Shown piece after piece: positions 9,139-17,200 of a stretch of 32,000 nt of DNA; the stretch's first letter is position 1, and each line of letters opens with the position of its first letter. The notes beneath the pieces were generated by a model. That model had not been told where the DNA came from. It was given only the letters and a program-made list of their open reading frames with translations, and did not search any database. This DNA is from Candidatus Iainarchaeum sp. (GTDB lineage: Archaea; Iainarchaeota; Iainarchaeia; Iainarchaeales; JACQJH01): assembly GCA_016205145.1 (NCBI GenBank), contig JACQJH010000002.1:540001-572000 (forward strand). Reading direction: 5' to 3'. The position numbers and the translations under genes are program-made.

Positions 9139-9500
9139 CAGGAAACCACTTGGACTGTCACAGGATCATAACCTGTGGTTGCCTTGACCTTTGCCGCTGT
9201 GCCGGAAACAATGTCGGAGCGGATGTCGCTTGGCAGGCCAGCCGGGCTGATGTAGGCTGTTATCGTGATGCGTTTCCCGGAAGCGGGCGGGGCGTTCGCA
9301 TGTTCTTGGAAGTCAAGCTTTTCAAGCAGGAAAACCGTGTCGGCTTTCTGCAGCCTTGCGAGAATGTCGGTTTTCGCTGTCAGCAAAGCCTTTGTCGAAT
9401 CGTTGATTGCCAGAAAATAGCTTAAAGCGACAAGCGAGAGGCCGATGACGACAACCGCTATAAGCAATGCCTCAAAGCTAATCTGTCCTTTTTTGTTCAA
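9138..9500 (-). CDS. class III signal peptide (type IV pilin-like) protein, last gene of the pilus operon
   Basis: N-terminus (L)NKKG|QISFEALLIAVVVIGLSLVAL has KG-Q, Glu at +5 and a hydrophobic helix. I chose the TTG start at 9500 because AAGGTG lies 5-6 nt upstream. The ORF-track ATG at 9548 would add 16 non-signal residues. Confidence 0.6.
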   Translation of the reverse strand: MNKKGQISFEALLIAVVVIGLSLVALSYFLAINDSTKALLTAKTDILARLQKADTVFLLEKLDFQEHANAPPASGKRITITAYISPAGLPSDIRSDIVSGTAAKVKATTGYDPVTVQVVS

Positions 9501-9510
9501 GAGAGCACCT

Positions 9511-10017
9511 TCAGATCGGCACGTTAAGCGAAACCCCGCCGGAGTCATTCTGGATTGCTATGCGCAGGCTTGCGGGACCGGTTATGGGTGCGGAAATGTT
9601 GCCGCAGGAATTGATATTTTTTATGAACGTTGCCTCGCCCACGCACTTGTTGATGTTGCCCGTGCCGTCATTCTGGCATGCCGGCGGCTCTTTTCCCGGG
9701 CCGAGCTTTGCGCTGAGGCTTGCCTTAAACGTGATTTTTGACGGACTGCATTCTATCGTTGCTTCTGCCGGAATGAAGACGTTGATCGTTTCCTTCGCCT
9801 CGCCAGAGGAAGTGAGGATGGCATTTGTGGCCGAAGCGATTTTGTCCGCGGCAAGCCTCGCCTGCCCGACCCTTGCAACGTCTTTCGCGGATTCAGCCGC
9901 AATAGTGATGTTCGGCTGGACGTAGCCCACGATGTAGACAAGCGAAATGAGCACAATCATTATGAATTCGATTGACGCCTGGCCCTTCCTGTTTTTCAGA
10001 AACCCAAAATTTTCCAC
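9511..10017 (-). CDS. class III signal peptide (type IV pilin-like) protein, 168 aa, 4 Cys
   Basis: GTG start. N-terminus ...KNRKG|QASIEFIMIVLISLVYIV. Ser/Thr/Gly-rich beta-type C-terminal part with Cys residues (ECSPSK, PPACQND, NKCVGE, NSCGN). Overlaps the end of the peptidase gene by 22 nt. Confidence 0.7.
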   Translation of the reverse strand: MENFGFLKNRKGQASIEFIMIVLISLVYIVGYVQPNITIAAESAKDVARVGQARLAADKIASATNAILTSSGEAKETINVFIPAEATIECSPSKITFKASLSAKLGPGKEPPACQNDGTGNINKCVGEATFIKNINSCGNISAPITGPASLRIAIQNDSGGVSLNVPI

Positions 10018-11117
10018 AGCAAATCACCCGCAATGCCAAGCAAGACGAACGCAATCAGGACCGAGGGCGCAAAGGCCGCGCTCTTCTTGACCAGGATTTT
10101 TTCCGGAATGCGTTTTTCCATGCATAATTTTTTCAGCTCCGAAAGCTCTTCTTCAGTCAGGCCGCGCGCCTTGATGCTCGACGCAATCTCCCTTCCCTGG
10201 GGCTTTAGCTCGGACAGAAGGGATTCTAATTTATTGGCTTTTAAGTGGTTAATAATTGTTTTTATTGAAAGCGGCTCCTTTTCCGCCACATTGCCGTCGG
10301 AAAGCAGGAAAAAGCTTTTCGCGGGAATGTCGCCTTCCGCCAGCTCGCTGACGGGCTTCTCCTCAACCAAAAACCGCTTTGAAACCGCGAAAAGCTTTAA
10401 GAAAATGTAAACAAGCGAAATTGCCGCGGTTGAAGCCAGAAAGCCGGAAAGCGCCGGCAAAAGGCTCTGCCACAATGCAAACGCAAACAATCCCGCCGAC
10501 ACTGCCGGTTTTGCCTTGGCCGGCAGGAAAGCCGCAATGAAAAGCAGCGGCAGCACCAGAATCTGCGGCAAACCGAACAAAACCAGGACCGCGTTCAAGC
10601 CCAGGGCAAGGGCAATGATTTTTGCAGTCGAAACAACCGTGCCCCTGACGCTTTCAAAGATTTCCCTGCGCGCAACCGCGTCCGATTGCAGGCCGCGCAC
10701 GGCAATCATCGCGCCGAAAGGCATGACCGAAAAAACCGAGAAAATGAAAAGCGTGAGCGGAAAAATTGGAAGGGGAATCGCCTGCAGCAGCGGAATTCCA
10801 AGCAATGCGCCGGCAACCGCGGGATTGAACGGGTTCGCGAAGGCAAGCGCCGTGAACAGTTTCACGTCCCCGCCGGCCCAGACGCCGAGCTTCCACAGAA
10901 GCCACGAAACGCAAAAAGTCGCAATTCCCAAAGCAATCGAAAACCCCAGAATTGACCAGTCGGATTTCACAAACGATTCGGTTGTTTTGGATGCCAGCGC
11001 AAAAGCAATCAGCGAATACGTCAATTTGTTCGGGATTAGCCTTTCTCTCAAATCAATGATTGACGCAACGGCAAGGACTGCAAGCGAAACAAGGTAGTTT
11101 GCCAGAACAAAAAGCAT
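9996..11117 (-). CDS. A24-family archaeal prepilin peptidase (EppA/PibD-like) with a C-terminal extension
   Basis: From the ATG at 11117: TM1 followed by the first catalytic Asp context ASIIDLRERLIPN, then the second Asp in WAGGDVKLFTALAF. There are extra TM helices, an approximately 95-aa charged soluble segment, and a final TM (AAFAPSVLIAFVLLGIAG). Confidence 0.8.
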   Translation of the reverse strand: MLFVLANYLVSLAVLAVASIIDLRERLIPNKLTYSLIAFALASKTTESFVKSDWSILGFSIALGIATFCVSWLLWKLGVWAGGDVKLFTALAFANPFNPAVAGALLGIPLLQAIPLPIFPLTLFIFSVFSVMPFGAMIAVRGLQSDAVARREIFESVRGTVVSTAKIIALALGLNAVLVLFGLPQILVLPLLFIAAFLPAKAKPAVSAGLFAFALWQSLLPALSGFLASTAAISLVYIFLKLFAVSKRFLVEEKPVSELAEGDIPAKSFFLLSDGNVAEKEPLSIKTIINHLKANKLESLLSELKPQGREIASSIKARGLTEEELSELKKLCMEKRIPEKILVKKSAAFAPSVLIAFVLLGIAGDLLWKILGF

Positions 11118-11219
11118 TGCATTCCACACCTGCACAAAAAAAACTTGCCTATTAAAAGAAAGGGCGGCGCAAATAAAAGGCTTATGAAGGCCACGCAATC
11201 ATTTTGTGAATAGGCAGGC

Positions 11220-11390
11220 TTACTGCATAAGCGAAGTGATGGTTTCGCTGCGGTAGGTCAGGATGTCAGCCTGCGCCTTGGTTGCAACGGAAACGATTGC
11301 ATTGATTAGAAGCGCGGCTGCAATCGCAAGGAGGATTCCGAACAATGCCGTCAGAAGGTATTCAAAAGCCGTTTGGCCGCGCTCATCCAC
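11220..11390 (-). CDS. short Flp-sized type IV pilin (paralog A)
   Basis: A GTG at 11390 with AAGGTG 6 nt upstream gives (M)DERG|QTAFEYLLTALFGILLAIAAALLI. The ORF-track ATG at 11411 is an alternative start. Confidence 0.65.
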   Translation of the reverse strand: MDERGQTAFEYLLTALFGILLAIAAALLINAIVSVATKAQADILTYRSETITSLMQ

Positions 11391-11400
11391 TGGCAACACC

Positions 11401-11565
11401 TTAAACTCCATTGACCGTGTTGAGGAAATTCGTCAGCTGCTGGTTTCCCTGCTGCTTGGTCGGCCCGATGAAGTTCGTGATAACCACGATTACAACCGCG
11501 GCAATCAAAACGGCTGCCGCAATCAGCAGAAGGTATTCCAGTGCGCCTTGACCTTTCGAATCCAT
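11401..11565 (-). CDS. short Flp-sized type IV pilin (paralog B)
   Basis: MDSKG|QGALEYLLLIAAAVLIAAVVIVVI from the ATG at 11565. 54 aa. Confidence 0.7.
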   Translation of the reverse strand: MDSKGQGALEYLLLIAAAVLIAAVVIVVITNFIGPTKQQGNQQLTNFLNTVNGV

Positions 11566-11579
11566 TGGTTTCACCAAAA

Positions 11580-11756
11580 TCATGCGACGTTCCCCAAATT
11601 TGCAAGACTTGAGTTGTACGTGCCCTGGGAATTTTCAATGCTGCCTTTGCCGCTGCTTGCAGAGCTTGTCAGCAGTATTATGACGACTGCCGCAATCAGC
11701 ACAGCCGCACCAATCAGCAGCAGATACTCCAATGCCCCTTGACCTTTCGAATCCAT
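11580..11756 (-). CDS. short Flp-sized type IV pilin (paralog C)
   Basis: MDSKG|QGALEYLLLIGAAVLIAAVVIILL from the ATG at 11756, with GGTGGTG upstream. The ORF-track N-terminal extension reads through a terminator hairpin. Confidence 0.7.
   Translation of the reverse strand: MDSKGQGALEYLLLIGAAVLIAAVVIILLTSSASSGKGSIENSQGTYNSSLANLGNVA
11683..11732. repeat. 50-bp perfect direct repeat, copy 1 (in pilin C)
   Basis: acgactgccgcaatcagcacagccgcaccaatcagcagcagatactccaa is identical to 11928-11977. It encodes LEYLLLIGAAVLIAAVV. Confidence 0.9.
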
Positions 11757-11783
11757 TTCAACACCACCGGTTTTTTTAAGAAT

Positions 11784-11806
11784 AAAAAAAAGGCCAGCGA
11801 GTGGCC
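11784..11806 (-). terminator. hairpin plus T8 intrinsic-terminator-like element after pilin D
   Basis: The minus strand reads GGCCA-ctcgc-TGGCC followed directly by TTTTTTTT, starting 13 nt downstream of the pilin D stop. Confidence 0.55.
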
Positions 11807-11818
11807 TTCTCTGCCAGT

Positions 11819-12001
11819 TCATGGAGTGAGCTGGTTTTGCAGGTTTGACTGCGCTTCCGTAGCGGTATTAGCCGATGTCTCAGCTGTGGTTTTGCCCGAC
11901 TGCCCTATGTTCGTCAGCAGCACTATTACGACTGCCGCAATCAGCACAGCCGCACCAATCAGCAGCAGATACTCCAAAGCGCCCTGTCCATTAGAATCCA
12001 T
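11819..12001 (-). CDS. short Flp-sized type IV pilin (paralog D, candidate major pilin)
   Basis: MDSNG|QGALEYLLLIGAAVLIAAVVIVLL from the ATG at 12001, with a perfect GGAGGT 8 nt upstream. Followed by the hairpin-T8 element. Confidence 0.75.
   Translation of the reverse strand: MDSNGQGALEYLLLIGAAVLIAAVVIVLLTNIGQSGKTTAETSANTATEAQSNLQNQLTP
11928..11977. repeat. 50-bp perfect direct repeat, copy 2 (in pilin D)
   Basis: Identical to 11683-11732. The flanks diverge. Confidence 0.9.
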
Positions 12002-12017
12002 TTTTTCAACCTCCAAT

Positions 12018-12182
12018 TTAACCGTTTAAAACCTGTTGCTCCCTGTTGGCGAGTTCGTTCTGAACCGCTTTTGGCACAGATTTTAAGTATAAAGCAACGA
12101 CCAAGGCTACGACAATGGCTGCGGCGATCATAAGCAGCACTTCGATTGAGGCCTGCCCGAGTTCCTCCGAAAAAAGGCTCAT
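12018..12182 (-). CDS. short type IV pilin-like protein (paralog E)
   Basis: MSLFSEELG|QASIEVLLMIAAAIVVALVVALYL from the ATG at 12182, which overlaps the upstream stop (ATGA). Confidence 0.65.
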   Translation of the reverse strand: MSLFSEELGQASIEVLLMIAAAIVVALVVALYLKSVPKAVQNELANREQQVLNG

Positions 12183-13111
12183 ATCACGCCACCAAACAGT
12201 CCAACCGACAGGATTTTTGCCGCAAAATAACAAACAAACGCAAGTAATAGAAGGATTGGGATGTATATAATACTTTTGCTCATTTTTCCGTCGCGCATAA
12301 GCGAAAGCATGAATCCGACGGCAAGAATTTCAACTGCGATATACGCCTGCATGAGCAGCACTATGAGGTCCTTAACTGCGACTGCCTGCGCCCTTGCCGC
12401 GAGGCCGATGTCAAGGCCCTGTGAGGCCGAAACCACAAGGAACGAAATGATTGTCGAAACGATGCCGAAAATGAGCGGCGCCACAATCGCGCCGGCGGCA
12501 ACCATGAACATGACCTGCATCGTGGTTTTCGCCTTGCGCTCCTGCCCTATGCGGTAAATTTCGCGGATGTCGTCGGAAATCTCCTCAAGAACGTCGGCAA
12601 GGCCCGCGCCTGCCTTGATCGAATCGATTATGACGATGATTGACCTGCTTACAAGCCTTGAATCGATGTTTTCGGAAAAGCTTTTCAGGGAATTCTCAAG
12701 GTTTTCGCCTTCCTCAAGCTTCCTCAAAACATTGTTCATCTCCTTTGCCAAAGGCCCGTATTCGGCGTTCGCAATCTCCCGCAAAGCATATTCGTATGTG
12801 CCGCCCGCGTTAAGCGTGTCAGCCATCTGTTTCAGGGCTTCCGGCAGTGCCTTTTCAATGGCGTCAATGCGCTGCATTGCCTTCAGGTAAGGATAACCCA
12901 AAAACAGGTCCAATGCGACAATTGGAATGACCGCGACAAAAATCCTGAGCTCGTCGAACAAACCGGCAACGCTGAGGAAAAAGAACGTGAGAACCGCGAA
13001 GATGATTGCGAGCGCCACGGCCATGGCGATGAAAACCCCCGCGTCCACTTTCAGGCCGGCCTGCTTCAAATAGCCCTGGTACTTTTCAACTAGTGTCTGC
13101 TCCTGTTCCAT
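12179..13111 (-). CDS. TadC/EpdK-like pilus platform membrane protein (T2SSF domain)
   Basis: 310 aa with an N-terminal TM pair, a cytoplasmic helical domain (LPEALKQMADTLNAGGTYEYALREIA) and C-terminal TMs. Confidence 0.8.
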   Translation of the reverse strand: MEQEQTLVEKYQGYLKQAGLKVDAGVFIAMAVALAIIFAVLTFFFLSVAGLFDELRIFVAVIPIVALDLFLGYPYLKAMQRIDAIEKALPEALKQMADTLNAGGTYEYALREIANAEYGPLAKEMNNVLRKLEEGENLENSLKSFSENIDSRLVSRSIIVIIDSIKAGAGLADVLEEISDDIREIYRIGQERKAKTTMQVMFMVAAGAIVAPLIFGIVSTIISFLVVSASQGLDIGLAARAQAVAVKDLIVLLMQAYIAVEILAVGFMLSLMRDGKMSKSIIYIPILLLLAFVCYFAAKILSVGLFGGVI

Positions 13112-13114
13112 ATT

Positions 13115-14281
13115 TCAAGACCTCGGCTGGCTGATTGCAATGTACGCTATGAGAGTTGCAAGCACTATCGGCATTATGACAAGATAAATGACCGCGATGT
13201 TCTCCGGCGCGAGCGGCAGAACCGAGAAAATGCTGCTGCCGCTGCCGATCTGCAAAGGCGTGTTCCTGACTCCGCCGAGAATTGCGATGAAAACCGGCAG
13301 GACAATGGCGATGAAAATGAATATGACCCCGAAAAAGTTGAGCGCTTCCGCAAAGGCCTGGATTCTCGCCCTCAATTCGAACGAAACGTCTTCCGCGATT
13401 GTTTCCATGACATCGGAAAGGTTGCCCCCGGTCTTCAGCGCCCTGATTATGTGCAGCAGGGCACTCCTCAACGCAACGGACTGCGTGCGCAAGGCGAGGT
13501 TCCGCAACGCATCCTTGGTGTCGGTGCCCTCCTCTATCTGCGTGACAACCCACGAGAATTCCTCGGACAAAGCGCCGTAACCTGCGGTTGCAATCGCCTG
13601 GATTGTGCGGTAAAGGCTTATCCCGGCTTTAAGCTCGGTCGCCATGTGCCTCAAAGCGAAAGGCATTTCCCTTGTCACCGCCTCGCCGCGCATCTGCGCA
13701 AGCTTTCTCGGCAAAAACAGCATGAAAATTATCGTGATGAGCCAGACAATGAATCCAACCAGTATGCCGACCGGAAGGATCACTAAAATGTTCAGGGTCA
13801 TCGCCGAAAACAGTACGCTGCCCACAACCCAGCCGATCAAAAACATTATGACGGAAACAACCGCTGTAATGGCAAGGTACTGCTGCGTTGACAGCCTGAC
13901 ATTCGCGGATTCAAGATAAAATGAGAGTTCCTTCGACGCGGGCAACTCCTTTATGACGTTGACTATCGGCCTGAAAAAACCCTGAAAGCGCAGGAAAACC
14001 GTTCCAAGCTTCTGGATGAGCGGGTTCTTGAGTTCCTGCAATTCCTCGATGCGCTGCACCTCGATTTTCGCCCCATGGCCTTCCGCAATGATTCCGCGCA
14101 GTTCTTCAAGCTCGCCCGAAGCGGCCTCCAAAGGCCTGCCCTCGTCCTTGTACTTGCTCTTCATCTTTTTGACTATCTGCTCTACCTTGTCCATGTCCAC
14201 TGATTCCTTGGACTGCGAACCAGGGCCGGCAGGCTTTTCCTGCCCGGATTTTTTCCTGTCACCAAAAAGCTTCAAAGCCAT
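13115..14281 (-). CDS. TadB/EpdJ-like pilus platform membrane protein (T2SSF domain)
   Basis: The ATG at 14281 (MALKLFG...) lies 12 nt after the ATPase stop. Charged N-terminal region, TM pair, T2SSF motif EMPFALRHMATELKAGISLYRTIQAIA, and C-terminal TMs. Confidence 0.8.
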   Translation of the reverse strand: MALKLFGDRKKSGQEKPAGPGSQSKESVDMDKVEQIVKKMKSKYKDEGRPLEAASGELEELRGIIAEGHGAKIEVQRIEELQELKNPLIQKLGTVFLRFQGFFRPIVNVIKELPASKELSFYLESANVRLSTQQYLAITAVVSVIMFLIGWVVGSVLFSAMTLNILVILPVGILVGFIVWLITIIFMLFLPRKLAQMRGEAVTREMPFALRHMATELKAGISLYRTIQAIATAGYGALSEEFSWVVTQIEEGTDTKDALRNLALRTQSVALRSALLHIIRALKTGGNLSDVMETIAEDVSFELRARIQAFAEALNFFGVIFIFIAIVLPVFIAILGGVRNTPLQIGSGSSIFSVLPLAPENIAVIYLVIMPIVLATLIAYIAISQPRS

Positions 14282-14293
14282 AACAACCAACAA

Positions 14294-17200
14294 TCATTTT
14301 TTCGCGCGGCCGTCAAGGAACGCCTGGAGCTTTGCCGAAACTTCCGGCATGCCCCTTATCCCTAGTTTGACTAACTCCTTCAAAAACCTTTCCCTTTCCG
14401 AAATTTCGTCGTCAAGCTGCTTTTTCTTCAAACCGCTGAAATCGCCCAGCATCTTCAGGTAAGCGCTCGGCACTGAAGTCCTTTCAAACGAGTCATCCAC
14501 CGGATTCCACTTGAATAGCTCCTGGGTCTGCGCCTTGCCCTGCAAAACGCCCGACACTTCCGAAATTTCGGTCAGCCTCCTGATAGTGCCCTTCTGCCTG
14601 TCATGCAGCCTGTGCTCGATTATGACAAAATCCAGGCCGCTCAGCATGAGAGGCGGCACATTCATGGGCGGACTGGTAACCCTGACAAGCGTTTCCTGCG
14701 CGGAATTCGCGTGCACTGAACCCAGGGAATTGCCCACAATAATCGATTCAGCGACAAAATTGTGCGGTTTCAGGCCGCTTGCCTCTTTTTCGCCAACGGT
14801 CAAATCGTAGACAAAACCGCTGTAATCAAATTCATGGATGTGCGTAATCCGGTCCCAGAAAATTTCGCTTGACGCGAGCTGTTCAAGGCCGTCAGCTTCA
14901 ATGCCAGCCGCCTTGAATGCCACGGCCAATTTTTTGACACTCTCCTTTGACGGCATTCTCTGGCCGAGCCTGAAAAAGCGCAAAAGGCCCTGGCTCACGC
15001 CAGCCAACCTCGCAATTGCGCGCTCGCTAATGCCCTTTGCCTGCGCCTCCGCAACCATTTTGGCAATCAGGGCATTGCACGGGACAACATCTACATTGGT
15101 GTTCGGCTGGACGGGTTTTGAAAGAAGCAGTTCAAGCTTTTTCAATTTCTCAGGATACTTCAACGGAAAAGCCGCCGAAAATTTGCGGACATTCTCCAAG
15201 CCGTAAACGTAAAGCCTGAACCACCTGCTGTTGGCTGTTCTGGACTCGTATTTCCTCGAAACGATCCCTTCCGTGAGGAGGGCATACCGTACAAAGTCAA
15301 TGTAATGCTCGTTTCCGCACGTGAAAACAAGCGCGTTATTTTCGAGGTCAACGTGGCCTTCCGCGTCAAAAAAGCCGGCCACAAACTCGTTGAGTGAAGA
15401 GCAAAAATGGCTGTTTGAAACCAGTGCATTGTTTCTCGGCCCCGCCGGAATTGCGAACAGCTGCTGGGCTTTCCTCGATTTGACAATGCCACTCACACTC
15501 ACTTCAAAACAATTTTTTTCAGGGGACGCGGGCCTCACTCCGACATGGGTTCCGTCAAACTCTTTTTTCATGAAAGCGGAAAATTCAGGAATTATCCTTT
15601 CATCTTCGGTGAAAAGACTTACCCTGCCCTCGTTGCATTCATATTGTTTGCCGTTCTTCTCGCGCTTGCGCCGGTAATCAAGAATGTGCCCATCGCCGTG
15701 CAACAGGCCGCTCCAATACTCGATTTCCGGCTTGACGGCATCAGCATTCCGGTAAAGCCTGGCGGGAGTTGCAACAAACATTGCCTCTTCAAGATTTCCC
15801 GCGGCAGTCTGCACAACCTTTCCGTCAAAAGTGTAAAAAGGGTGGTTCGGTGTAACCGTGATTTCGGCACCGCTTGCAAGCCTTATGTGCCTGACCTTTC
15901 CGGCGTATGGTTTTCTCCTGGCTTCGACAACCTTTTCGCGCTGCATTTTCCCGCTGTCGTCGAGTGAATTTATTTCCTTGCCATCAACATCAACAATCTG
16001 CCATTCGCCTTCCTTCCTCGAGCCTTTCATTTCAATCAGGCCGTCAACAAACGTGCCAATTTCCTCAATGCCGTCAGGGAATGGAATCTTTGTGTCAAAA
16101 GTAAGGCAGCCATCGTGTCCAGTATTCATTGCAGTGAAAAGCGAAAACGCCTCGGCATGCCTGATTTCGCCGACGATTATCCTGTCCGGCCTCATGCGCA
16201 AAGAGTTTTTCGTCAAAATGTCCATTGTCAGCTCGCCCTTCCCTTCCAAGCCCGGCGGCTTTGCCTCAAGCCTGATCCAATGGTTCAATGGAAGGTTCAA
16301 CTCTGCCGTGTCCTCTATTGTAATGACGCGCTCGTTTTCCGGAATGAAGGATGCCATGACATTCAGCAGGGTCGTCTTGCCCGAACCCGTGCCGCCGGAA
16401 ATGAGCACATTTGCCGGCCTGACGCTCATGCCCTCAACGCACAGCCAGAGGAACGCGGCAACTTCCGCATTGATTGTGCCGAAATTTATGAGGTCGACAA
16501 TCGAGTAAGGGTCTTCCCTGAATTTCCTGATTGTGAGGGTGGAACCTGAAACAGAAGCCGGCGGGATTGTGGCATTTACCCTGCTGCCGTCAGGCAGCCT
16601 TGCGTCAAGCAGCGGCGCGCTCAAATCGACGCGCCTTCCGACCTCGCGCGCAATCCTGTTGATCAAATCCTGCACTTCGTCGTCGGAAAAAAACTCGATG
16701 TTCGTCGCCATCATTTCAAAGTCGCGGTGGAAGACAAAAACCGGCTTTTTCGGGCCGATGATCATTATTTCCTCAAGCCTGTCGTCCTGCACAAGCTGGT
16801 CGATGAGGCCGTAGCCCACCATTTCCCTTACAACCGCGTCAATGTAAAAATCAAACCGTCCCCTCGGAATCTTCAGCTCCGGTGAAGACTTCAGGATTTC
16901 CTCGATTTTCTGCTTGTAAATGATTCTTCTCTGCGCCTGGTCGCGGATGCGGTAAGGCTGGATGCTTATGAGCCTTGTCGCAGCCTCTTTCAGCGTATTG
17001 ATTATCGTCCTCTCGGACGCTGCCGCCTTGGGCACCGGAACAAAATAGTATAGCAGTGGCTTGTCCGGCAGCCTGAAAATCCTGACATCGCCGTAGGACG
17101 CGACCTCGGTTTTGGTTTTGGTTTCCTCAAGCTCTTTTTCAACCTGCGACTTCTGGCCTTCAACCAACTGCATTGCCTCGCCGGCTGGAACGGCTTCTTC

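Noticed and set aside
10516-11097. A 193-aa + strand ORF opposite the prepilin peptidase gene, and the 155-aa ORF 13086-13553.
   Set aside because: The first is antisense, the second an alternate same-strand frame, within membrane protein genes. They are R/H/G/K-rich with no start context.
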